Assembly (NCBI GenBank): GCA_012295275.1
Contig: CM022665.1
Coordinates: 46,438,001-46,502,000 of the forward strand
DNA length: 64,000 bases
From: Chrysomallon squamiferum
Lineage: Eukaryota > Animalia > Mollusca
Direction of reading: 5' to 3'
Shown here: piece by piece, positions 1 through 11,059 of the stretch
How positions within the stretch are numbered: the stretch's first letter is position 1
How the letters are laid out: every line of letters begins with the position of its first letter
The notes under the pieces: model-generated
What the model saw: the letters and a program-made list of their open reading frames with translations, nothing else
The model's database searches: none
What the model was told of the DNA's origin: nothing
Made by a program: the position numbers and the translations under genes

Positions 1-89
1 ACAATGGTATGTGTTGTCTTGTTGGGGAAAAAGTCTATAGTTTTGTGAAGAAAAAAAATCTGTTGTTGGTATATAATGTTTTAACAACA

Positions 90-200
90 GTATGGTGGTA
101 CTATGGTGGTACTATGGTAGTACTATGGTGGTACTATGGTGGTACTGTGGTAGTACTATGGTGGTACTATGGTGGTACTATGGTGGTACTATGGTAGTAC
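90..200. repeat. 11-bp minisatellite (ATGGTGGTACT)n
   Basis: About 10 near-perfect tandem copies; accounts for ORF 9..197. Confidence 0.95.
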
Positions 201-394
201 CTTTCTTAAAGTTACCAAAAGTCTGAGACAGTGTGTTAGAATTACCAAATCTTTGACATTCTAATAACAGTAAAACTGATCACTGTTCTTCTAGTTAAGC
301 CTGTAACAGAACATTAATCAGTATGTTCTGTTGATGTTATTAATAAAACCAAACAAGAGTGCAAGCATTTACTACACAATACTGTTCATTTAAC

Positions 395-530
395 ACATTA
401 TATTGTTTATTTTAACTCTAACTCTGAACTGCATCATCCATTGTACACATTATACTGTATAACATTGTTTATTCAATTCCAACCCTGAACTCCATCATCC
501 ATTGTACACATTATGTTGTATAATGGCTGT
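395..530. repeat. Two-copy tandem duplication, ~63 bp
   Basis: ctgaact(g/c)catcatccattgtacacattat and its flanks occur twice in tandem. Confidence 0.8.
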
Positions 531-779
531 GTATTTAAGACTACACATGTTAAACTGTTTATTTAATGCTCTAGGTTTACTTAGCACAGATCTGAATGTG
601 ACACTGCATTCAGTAGCTGAGGAGTGTCAACTTTCCATCAGTCTTATTAACAACAGCAGTAACAGCTCAGCCTGAACAGACTTTTTACACTGCTAATAAG
701 AATTACATGTTTGTCTTCAATTTTTCACGATAATTTTATTATTGATAAAAGTACAGGATAGCACATAGCAAGTTTATAT

Positions 780-901
780 CTATGTACTTAAGAGTATGTG
801 AGTCTCTGTATGTACACATGTATGTATGTGTGTATGTATTATGCATGTATTTAATCTTGTATATATGCTTATATGTATATGTGTGAATGTATGTATATGT
901 A

Positions 902-941
<40 letters not shown>

Positions 942-1075
942 TATGTATGTATATATATGTACACATGTAATGTACATAGGTATGCGTGTATGTGTGAGTA
1001 TATATCTGTATATGTATCTGCTATGAGTATGTATTCATGTACATACATAAACTCTTATGTATGTGTATCTAAGTA
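780..1075. repeat. Degenerate (TA)/(TG)/(TATG) microsatellite tract
   Basis: Pure (TA)n at ~905-939 within alternating purine-pyrimidine repeats. Confidence 0.9.
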
Positions 1076-1310
1076 TTTTTCTTTTTTAAAACCCAGGCCA
1101 TTTTCTGCTATTAAAAATAAGTAAAATATTCTTTACTGTCAAAAAAAAAAAAAAAAAAAAAAAAGAAGAAGAAGATATTCATGTACCTATGTAAACTTTT
1201 ATGTAAGTGTATTTAAGTATTAAAAAAAACAAAACCCTACCATTTTCTGCTCTTAAAAACAAGTAACATATTTTCTTTACTATCAAAAAAAAAAAAAAAA
1301 AAGAAGGAGA
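1065..1310. repeat. Two-copy tandem duplication (~140 bp), each copy ending in poly-A
   Basis: ccattttctgct(a/c)ttaaaaa(t/c)aagtaa...ctttact(g/a)tc(A)n at ~1098 and ~1240. Confidence 0.8.
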
Positions 1311-1562
1311 AAAGAGTCAGGTGTTATTTATTACAGGTGCATCTCAAGTTTGTAGTGAGAAGAAACTTGAATATTTCACAAACAGCTGACCGGCTTAGAG
1401 ACGTGACCGAAGTGTACGTTGTAACAAAAACTGTCTACAGACGTACACTAAACTAATTCAATATTTATCAGTTCATTCACTCTATCTTAGCCGTTTTCTC
1501 TGTCTACCAGGTTCCAGTGTTGAGGATTTAATTATATTTTATTGTCTCTGTGTGTGTGTGTC

Positions 1563-1609
<47 letters not shown>

Positions 1610-1618
1610 TTATATATA

Positions 1619-1649
<31 letters not shown>

Positions 1650-1791
1650 GTATATATATATATATGTATGTATGTATGTATGTATATATATATAGATAGA
1701 TGATATAGATATAAATATATGTGTATATATGTCTAAGCATGTGTATGTGTATATTAGTGGGTATGTATCACTGTGTGTATATCTATGTTTG

Positions 1792-1828
<37 letters not shown>

Positions 1829-2699
1829 GTATGTGGATATATATTTGATAATAAATATGATAATAAATTTTTGATTAGCAGGTTCTGTTATTTTTAGTAA
1901 CAGCTGATCATGTCTGTCTCTATATGTGTATGTGTGTGAATGTATTTTAGCAAAGTTTCACATTGTGTCAGTGTGTCTGTGTGTCTGCATTATAGAACTG
2001 TTTCTGGATACACAAGTAATCGAAAGACTGGATGAGATTACAGAAAACTGTAAAATGTTTAATAATTAAGTGTACACCAAAATAAATCAATGAATAATAA
2101 TCATAACTCTTGCATTAATTTTATTTCATTTATAAATTTGAAAAAAACAATCTTCCTTGTCTTTTTTCATTTTTCTTTCTTTGATTTTTATTTTATTTTT
2201 TTATTTTTATTTTTTTTATAACAGCCAATGTATGAAGTTGCCAACATATAATTAAAACTAACAGAAAGAACAAAAAAAAAAAAAAAAAAAAATCATTAAA
2301 CTGAACAGCTTGTCCCAAGAACATCAGTGTGCATCATCATTGTTTCAACACTAAAAGAGATGAACAACCAGTTCTAACACACTTACAAAACCTCCTGTGT
2401 CTCTGCTCAGCAGTCTGTAGTTTTTATTTAACATGACAGAGCCCAGAGTCCCCCAGGAGACTGCTGATTCCAGTGATGATACAGACAGGAAAACAAACTG
2501 TGTGGTGTGTGTGTCTTGTTTAACTGTCATCAGACCCTGCTCAGTTCATCCTTATTGTGTTTATTGGTAATGTAATGTTACATATAAAATGTCTCTGTTG
2601 ACGTTCAGTGGGTTTCTTGTCTTTTCTGGAACCATCTGGCTGAACAAGATGGTGTGCCACATCAGGCGTACTTAAGCATTTTTCGGATACGAATTTTGT

Positions 2700-3012
2700 T
2701 AAGTTCCTGATCTTTAAACATTTGTCTGCTACAAATTACATCAGTTCCTAATCCTTAAACATTTCTCTGATACAAATTACATCAGTTTCTAATCCTGTAA
2801 AATGCCTCTGCTACAAATTACATCAGTTTTAATCCTTAAAAATTTCTCTATTACAAATTACATCAGTTTCAAAATCCGTAAAGATTTCTCTACTACAAAT
2901 TATACGTTTTTAATCCTTAAGAATTTTTCTAGTACAAATTACATGAATTTCTAATTCTTAAAAATTATCTTTAAATTCCATAAAGTTTTTTATAACCTAC
3001 TACAAATTACAT
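2700..3012. repeat. ~41-bp degenerate minisatellite
   Basis: Repeated tacaaattacatcagtttctaatccttaaa core, about 7 copies. Confidence 0.9.
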
Positions 3013-3600
3013 CCCTTTCCTAAAACATATTCATTAAGTAATAATAAAAAAAAAATGTATCACATGATTTATGTTGATGCAGTTATATCAATTCCTAGAA
3101 CCCAGTTGTTGGAAAATAAAAGCTGATAATTATAACATTTATCACAATCTGATGTAATTACAGTTCCTAAACCTAGATCTTCCATCAACTGGTAAATTTA
3201 TCACATATTAATTCAGTTTGTATTGTAAGACACCACCAAGATACAAAGGGTTAAATAATGACCTACTGGGTACACAGTGAATAATATTTATCATTTGTAG
3301 TAGATGACAGCCAAATCTAATGGTGTTATTAAAGGGGAACAACTCAGTTAATCAAAGCATTATGTCTAAACTAAAGGGGAATAATTGATCACTGATTCTG
3401 AAATATTTGTTTTAGTAATAAATATTTATATGTTGTCTTTTATAAAAAGAAAAGAAATTTCAATTATTATTTTTTTTTTTTTTAAATCCATACTTTTATA
3501 CAAACATACAATAAACCAAAATTGGTTTCAGTGTTTCAATAATAGAATTTCTTTTTTAAAAATCCAGAAAACCAAAGACAGTTACAACTGCAAACATATA

Positions 3601-3635
<35 letters not shown>

Positions 3636-4868
3636 TGAAAAAAGTGAAACAAATATAAAAAACACACTATATTTTAACACTATTTATTATCTGACAATTA
3701 TGAAGGATACCATTATGATTAAATGTATATGATAGTGTGTGTGTGTGTGTTTGTGTCTGTGCATGTGTGTGTGTGTGTCAGGTTAGTATGTTAACATTTC
3801 TCAAACTATTCTACAAATATCAGAAATGAAACCTGTATTTGGAAAAAGAACAATAAAAATTAATGCACTGTAATATGCAGCGATATACAGAAAGGGATCA
3901 ATAATAGGAAATACAAAAAGATTTAAAAGGATGAGTCTCCAAAATAAATGACTTACCTGTTTATTCCCATGGAATTTGTCAGTTGCATAGTAACACAGCA
4001 TTTGGAGAAACAAAATGTTTGATTCATGTATACAACAGTTATTGTTATTGTTGTTATTATTATTATTATTATTATTATTTTACTTTTATTTTTAATTTTT
4101 TTATGTTATGCTATAATTCAGCTTAGAATATAATATTTTAATATATATATATATATATAAAATCTTTATATAATAATTATTAAAGCAATTATTTCATAAG
4201 AAAATGTAAAGTATGAAGATTTTAATTAAAAATCATTAATTAATTACAGATTTTCTCTCTATATTTTTAAAAAATATAATATTTAATACAAAGAATTATT
4301 AACGATTTGAAAAACTATTAAAATTAATAGATTTATAATTATTGTTTTGCTTACAATTAAATTATAAAAATTTACATTATAAACTTTAATTCAGTATCAC
4401 ACATATGTAATTATGGTGATATATCTATATCTATATATGCACATATACACATATATCATGCATTCAGTACAATACACAAACAGCAAAACACTGAACATTG
4501 GATTTGTTAAGTGCATGTAACATGATAACAATTTTCTCGAAAAAAAAACATTTTACTGAATAAATGCATTAATTAATTCTCAGTCTTCATCTACCAGGAA
4601 TTTACAGAAAAACATTGTAACAGAGTTATGGTCCCTGCGAGACCTAGAAACCTCACCTATCAAATAATATTTCATTTCAAATTTAATAATTTAAATGCTT
4701 TTTATCTTTATTAGACTGTATTCGAGTAGTATCGTTGCGATATTAACAGAAATGGAAACACAAAACTCATGGAAATATCTTGCACATTCAGCAGAATATT
4801 TACGTTATGATAAATATATTTGTTTTACTTTTCTTTCTTTTTGTTTTTTTTCCTCCATTCCCCACCCC

Positions 4869-4930
<62 letters not shown>

Positions 4931-5056
4931 TTTTATCTTATTATTTTGTTTTCTTTTAATCATATATTGTGTAACAGAATTGTCAGTGGATTTCTATTTC
5001 TAATGAAGTTATTTACCATTGCGACATGTACATAATAATAAAAAAAAAAAAAAAAA

Positions 5057-5101
<45 letters not shown>

Positions 5102-5531
5102 CCAAAATAAATATCTTCCAAAATATATGTTCAGCACAAACAGTAATAAAAAAGTGAATTGGTTTATAATATATAAATCCTATATTTTTATTTTAAAAAA
5201 GCTCTGAACAATATAACAGCCAGTGTATCAAAGTCAGTGGCTTATTTTACACAAATAATTTTGCGAGCAACGGAAGATAATCATTTATCACGAGTTATCT
5301 TTTATCAGTAACCAATAATATCACTGCTGTTCTTTGTAGCACCAGCATTTTGCATTTGTTTCTAAATCTTTGAGAGAGAGAGAGAGAAAAAAAATTAAAT
5401 CTACAGAACTGGAAAGTTTTGTCATTTTTCCTTCTTGTTGTTTGGTTGTTTTTGTTTTTTTAATATAAAAATTAAATATTAAAGTAAAGTTATAATATAG
5501 CAGAATTTGTTTTTTTATTATTATTGTCATG

Positions 5532-5585
<54 letters not shown>

Positions 5586-5617
5586 CATCAACATCATTAT
5601 TATTGTTGTTGTTATTA

Positions 5618-5660
<43 letters not shown>

Positions 5661-5800
5661 GGAAACGTTCAGTGTTACAGAATTTATCAACGTGTTCTTG
5701 TTACGCTAACAGTCTTTGACAAATGTTCAAACAACCAAAGTCTAACTGAAGCAACACAGAAAATTTACCAACAACAGACACAAAAAAAACATTTACTTAC

Positions 5801-5817
5801 CGTTCAGAAACTATTAT
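5801..5817 (-). other. Candidate 17-nt microexon of a minus-strand gene
   Basis: Minus strand: T-rich acceptor tttgtggtttttgtttag | ATAATAGTTTCTGAACG | gtaagt; reads IIVSE+CG in phase 0. No homology support. Confidence 0.25.
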
Positions 5818-6159
5818 CTAAACAAAAACCACAAACATTTCTCTCGTGCAACATTTATCACTACAACTGTCGCATGCAGCGATAGCGAAGGGAGATAACT
5901 ATGATCAAAGCAGAAGACGTTGAAAAAGAAAAAAACACAGTTGATAATGAACCGAACACAAAATATTTACTTTAATGAAACAATAATTAATTACTGTATT
6001 GATATCGGTTAAAGGAAATGAATTTAAAACATTAAAATGGTTGCAGTAATTTCAAAAACGCTATACGATCATTTTAATTACGATAAATTGATTTTAATTT
6101 CGTATTTGAAATTAATCCATTAATTTTTTAATTATTAATTCAGATGAAAAAATGATTTA

Positions 6160-6272
6160 TATTCATAATATAAATTACAGATAAAATTAATATGCTATTT
6201 CAAAAATTATATGATTTTTTTCTATTCATAATATAAATTACAGATAAAATTAATATGGCTATTTCAAAAATT
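6160..6272. repeat. Two-copy duplication, ~63-bp period
   Basis: tattcataatataaattacagataaaattaatatg(g)ctatttcaaaaatta occurs twice. Confidence 0.85.
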
Positions 6273-6815
6273 AAGAGCATTTACATTTAAAAAGATTTCA
6301 CCTAACAATTAGACTGTCCTTTTTAAAAACCTAGCCTACAACACTCAGCTTGCAAAAAATCCCTTAAAGGGAACAGGTCGTTTCTTGTTGGCGCCAAACG
6401 TTTGAACTTTCATCTTTTTTTTGGGTCAGCGTCTATTTTTAGCTTCGGTCAATGAAAGAAAAATCTAAACGACGTAAATTTGTTGTAGAAAGAAAAGAGC
6501 AACTCTTCGTAACGATGTTTATTGCGTTCTTCGCGAAAAATGTAGCCCAATGAATACAGAACAACGATTTCGGCGCCAGCATTTCCCGACCTCCACCCTT
6601 TAAATTATCATGCGTATCAGCCATTGGGGAAACCCTGGGTTAAACTTTCAAAGACCAGATAACTAAAACAAGCCGTAAAGACAATCAATCTTGTTCGCGT
6701 TTCAGCTCGGAAAAACGTTATTCTTTTCTTTTTTTTTTTTTTTGGCCTGCTTTTCTTGATGGTAATTTTGTTGTGGTGCATCAGTTAGCTTAGTTTATGT
6801 GAGTATATTTACTCA

Positions 6816-6831
6816 TCACCAGGTGGCGCTG
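6816..6831 (+). promoter_or_regulatory. CTCF-like binding motif
   Basis: TCACCAGGTGGCGCTG closely matches the CTCF core CCASYAGRKGGCRS; lies in a CpG-rich block. Confidence 0.55.
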
Positions 6832-6862
6832 TCGGAAAGGTGGCGAGAGTCAAAACACTTAC

Positions 6863-6900
6863 ATCGGTTTCCTCTTAAACAAGTCTGACGTTTGCATCAT
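6863..6900 (-). CDS. Candidate short first coding exon (MMQTSDLFKRKP, phase-2 end); product unknown
   Basis: A-rich start context aaaaATGATG, consensus donor AT|gtaagt at 6862, X-box ~23 bp upstream of the ATG; no downstream in-frame exon identified. Confidence 0.25.
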
Positions 6901-6922
6901 TTTTTTTTCTTCTTACTCTTCT

Positions 6923-6936
6923 GTTGCTATGGTTAC
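6923..6936. promoter_or_regulatory. RFX X-box
   Basis: GTTGCTATGGTTAC (reverse complement GTAACCATAGCAAC) matches the 14-bp X-box consensus. Confidence 0.6.
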
Positions 6937-7202
6937 ACAAAGATAATCGTATAGTCAATGCACCAAAACTCCCAAAATCGGAAAAATAATTATTTTCTTT
7001 CAGATATTTTTTTGTATCGACTTTTAATACTTATTAAAGGTGTAATCTCCATAACAGTATTAGACTTATCTATTTATCATCATCGTTTTAAAATAGATCA
7101 TTTAAATTTATATATTTGAAAATGAAAATTATCAATAATCAACTGGGTTAAAAAAACTACAATAAAACGGACGTCTTTCTTCTTCTTTGCGTTTTTTCTT
7201 TC

Positions 7203-7266
7203 ATGCACCGAGATTCGAACCAAAGTACTCGAGGATTCCCAAATAGCAGACACTGACACCAATTAA
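7203..7266 (-). mobile_element. Degenerate tRNA-derived SINE head
   Basis: Minus strand has B-box GGTTCGAATC with an A-box-like tggtgtcagtg upstream; no full cloverleaf. Confidence 0.4.
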
Positions 7267-7604
7267 CAACAATAAAAAACCAAAAGCGGTAAAGCTGAAT
7301 ATCACTTCTCTATATCAGTATTCACATCTTTATTTCAAAACTATTAACATAACAGAAAATATATAATCTGTTAATATTTGTAAACGTTGAATGCTTTCCA
7401 ACGTCCAGCATTTTAAACTTCCATTTAAAGCATTTTTTCCATTTCCCAGCATGCACCGCGTTTGGAAAACACAAAAATCCAATGTTATGATATTTTAAAC
7501 ATAAATAAATCTTTCCTTCCCAGCATGCACCGCTTTTGGACACACACACACAGTGACACTTAATTTACATCTACACAGGCGAAGACAAAAAGGCACATTT
7601 GCTA

Positions 7605-7820
7605 CTAGTCTCTATCACGTGATATTGCCGTGTTTGCAATATCCCGTGTTAGACATGCGTCTCTACTACTACTACTAGCACCAACCGCTACATGTGCCCC
7701 CAGGACAGGCCCCGGGGTCACGCCCTCTTGGAACTGCAACAGACGACAAAGTCACCGTGCGACACGCCAGTCGGATCCATGGGGTGGGGGGTGGTTTATC
7801 TGCCGAACACCTTCTGTTAA
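7605..7820 (-). mobile_element. Possible non-autonomous Helitron-like element (3' end)
   Basis: Hairpin with 12/13-bp stem (7616-7648), then CTAG|T 7 nt further along the minus strand; GC-richer body; 5' boundary uncertain. Confidence 0.35.
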
Positions 7821-7994
7821 AAAAAAAAAAAAATAAAAAAATAAAATAAAATAAAACCACTATATGTTGATATGTTAGTGTGCATTGTGGATCAGTTAAA
7901 ACACTGATAATTAATTTTATTTAATCAGTGTTAGGTTAATTGTTCCATGTGGACATCTGAAAATTGTAGTTTTATATTGTGTTTATTAGTAGTC

Positions 7995-8330
<336 letters not shown>

Positions 8331-8389
8331 CATCTTAATCTAAAGTCATTTGATGATGATAATTAATCTACAGTTACTTGAAACACAAC

Positions 8390-8680
8390 AACTTGTAACG
8401 TTATTTTATAATTACAATTGTTTATGAGAATAACAATTATTTGTAACATTATTTATAATTACAATTGCTTATGAGACTATAGCAACAATTTGTAACTTGA
8501 TTTTATAATTGTAACGTTGTTTTATAAATACATCTGTTTGTAAGACTATCACAATAATATGTAACGTTATTTTATAAATACTTTTGTGAGTCTATAACTA
8601 GAATTTCCGACGTTATTTTATAATTACAATTGCTTTGGAGACTATAGCAATAATTTGTAACGCTATTTTATAATTACAGC
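8390..8680. repeat. Degenerate ~45-50-bp minisatellite
   Basis: Repeated ttgtaacgttatttttataattacaattg...gagactat core. Confidence 0.85.
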
Positions 8681-8807
8681 TGCTACAGTCATTTGCAGTG
8701 TACTTTATGGTTATTTCTTTCTGATACGATCTCTAATTTCCACGTCAATTTGTTTTTGAGAAATGAAAAAGAAAAATCCATAAGTATTCACAATGAAGTT
8801 TGTATAA

Positions 8808-9260
8808 CTCATTTATTTATTTATTTTATCAATGTTCATTTATTTATTTGTTTTATCTACATTTATTTATTTATTTTATCTATATTTATTTAGTTAGTTT
8901 ATATTTATTTATTTATTTATTTATTTTATCTATATTTATTTATTTATTTATTTTATCTATATTTATTTATTTATTTATTTTATCTGTATTTATTTAGTTA
9001 GTTTATATATATTTATTTATTTATTTATTTTATCTATATTTATTTATTTTACCTATCTATCTATATTTATTTATTTATTTTATCTATCTATCTATATTTA
9101 TTTATTTATTTACTTATTTATGTATGTATGTATGTATGTATGTATGTATGTATGTATGTATGTATGTATGTATGTATTTATTTATTTATTTATTATTTTA
9201 TTTTATTTTATTTTATTTTTTTTCATTATCTTCTTTTTTTTTTTTTTTTTTTTTTCTGAT
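8808..9260. repeat. (ATTT)n/(ATGT)n/(ATTTT)n compound microsatellite
   Basis: Direct inspection. Confidence 0.9.
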
Positions 9261-9430
9261 ATCACGAGACTGCTGTAATTCACAGCTTTTCACGATTAAA
9301 ATTTCAAAATGAAACTAGTCACGATATTACGTGCTTAAAGAAATCCCAGCGGGCAGTGATCAGTATTTTTAAAACTTGAATCAATTTCCATTGTTCTCAC
9401 CCCTGATAAAAAAACAGAGTGCATATGAGT

Positions 9431-9462
<32 letters not shown>

Positions 9463-9607
9463 GACGAAGACAAAGAAGGAGAACAACAACAACGTTAACG
9501 ATAATGATAATAATAATTAAAAAAAAATATTGTAATAACGGTAAATATAATAATAATAATGATAATGATAATGATGATTATGATGATCATGATAATAATA
9601 ATAATAA

Positions 9608-9638
<31 letters not shown>

Positions 9639-9913
9639 AGAAGAAGAAGAAGATGAACTTTTATCAGAAAGGATATTTTTTATACCCTGATCCATATAGC
9701 CCGGAACATTTTTCTGTATTGTATTACTGAATTTTTTTTTATTTGCTTTATAACAACAACATGAAGTTATCGCAGAACATCATCAAAGAAAAAAACAAAT
9801 GACAAATGACAAGAAAGAAAAATGAGGCAAAAATAAAAAGTGTGTTATAAGACCAAAAAAAAAAAATAATAATAAAAATAAAAATAAAAATAAAAATAAA
9901 AAAAATAAAAATA

Positions 9914-9993
<80 letters not shown>

Positions 9994-10469
9994 CAATAAT
10001 CAATCAAATAAAATAAAAGTAAAATTCAGTGATACAATACAACCGAAACATATTCCGGACCACACGGATCAGGGTAAACTGAAATGACGCACATCCGTTC
10101 TAATAACAAACTAATACGCTACCGAACAACAAGTACGACCTTGTGATCGTCTTGAATCTGATTTATACTGTCAGACACCAGCTTGTTCACACACCAGGTG
10201 TATTTGCCCGGGGCACGGGGATCCAGTGACCTTCAGTCACAATATGATACAAATGGGCTATTTTATTAAGTCCGAACTGATCGAGTTAGAATCTGTTTAA
10301 CGAAGACCTTTCGGTCGCTCGATTCTAAAAGCGTGTGATAATTTATAGAGATGCTCTTGCGTTAACTGAGTTAACCGGACACCCTGCTTTGCAAGCGCCA
10401 ACTGCCCGCACTTAATATTTATCGAATATTTTTAATAACACAAACACACACACACACACACAGTTTATT

Positions 10470-10745
10470 TATGACGTCAAATGTGAAAACAAATACCTGC
10501 AACGTCATCAGAAGCAACGCGATAAAGATATCCGTTTGCGCATGTTTAATGACCTTGAACGGCGCCGTCTGCAGTCTCGCTTCAACCAGACGGCCATTTT
10601 TGTTGCTGCCAATTAACAGCGCGTCCGGTTTTTTGGCTTTTTAAGAGAGAGAGCAAGCGCGCGAAGCGGGGTCAGTTTCAGTTGCCAAGTGAACTGTCAC
10701 GACTTCCGGTCGCGTGGTAATTCGGCAGCCGATGCACGTGTAGAA
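10470..10745. promoter_or_regulatory. CpG-rich promoter/enhancer-like motif cluster
   Basis: CRE TGACGTCA 10472, TGACCTTGA (NR5A/ERR-type) 10550, YY1 GCCATTTT 10593, ETS ACTTCCGGT 10702, E-box CACGTG 10735, two TCAGTT Inr-like motifs ~10670-10683. Confidence 0.5.
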
Positions 10746-10999
10746 TTTCGTGAATTAGATTTCTGAAAGTGGATTAATACTCCAGTTGATTTCATCTTGG
10801 GGACTGATAGGCGTCAGCATCCACTTTGGTGTAATGAAGAATTATAATATTTTGGAGTGCGCAACATTCACGAAGTAACGAAGGGAAAATTACCGGCTGT
10901 TATAGCGCTCTGAGGATTTCCAGTTTTTTTCGTAAACAAGCTTAATGAGGTGTACGTGTTGTTGTACAAACAAAGAAACGAAATAATTTTGTTTTTTTT

Positions 11000-11059
<60 letters not shown>

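Noticed and set aside
2433-2570. 45-aa plus-strand ORF with CVVC...RPC..H..C, loosely RING-like
   Set aside because: Spacing does not fit a RING, the final ligand pair is missing, and the Cys/Val residues derive partly from a (TG)n run
3833-3956. Apparent 124-nt minus-strand intron (CAG|gtaagt ... ttccaaatacag|G)
   Set aside because: All three frames stop soon after the acceptor and no upstream acceptor was found; cannot support a coding exon, though a non-coding one is not excluded
3983-4000. TTGCATAGT resembling the 5' end of miR-153
   Set aside because: The rest of the mature sequence differs and there is no complementary arm
6439-6624. 61-aa minus ORF MADTHDNL...
   Set aside because: No recognisable similarity and no convincing donor; may be UTR or promoter sequence
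7203-7266. tRNA gene
   Set aside because: B-box present, but acceptor and anticodon stems do not form; treated as a SINE remnant
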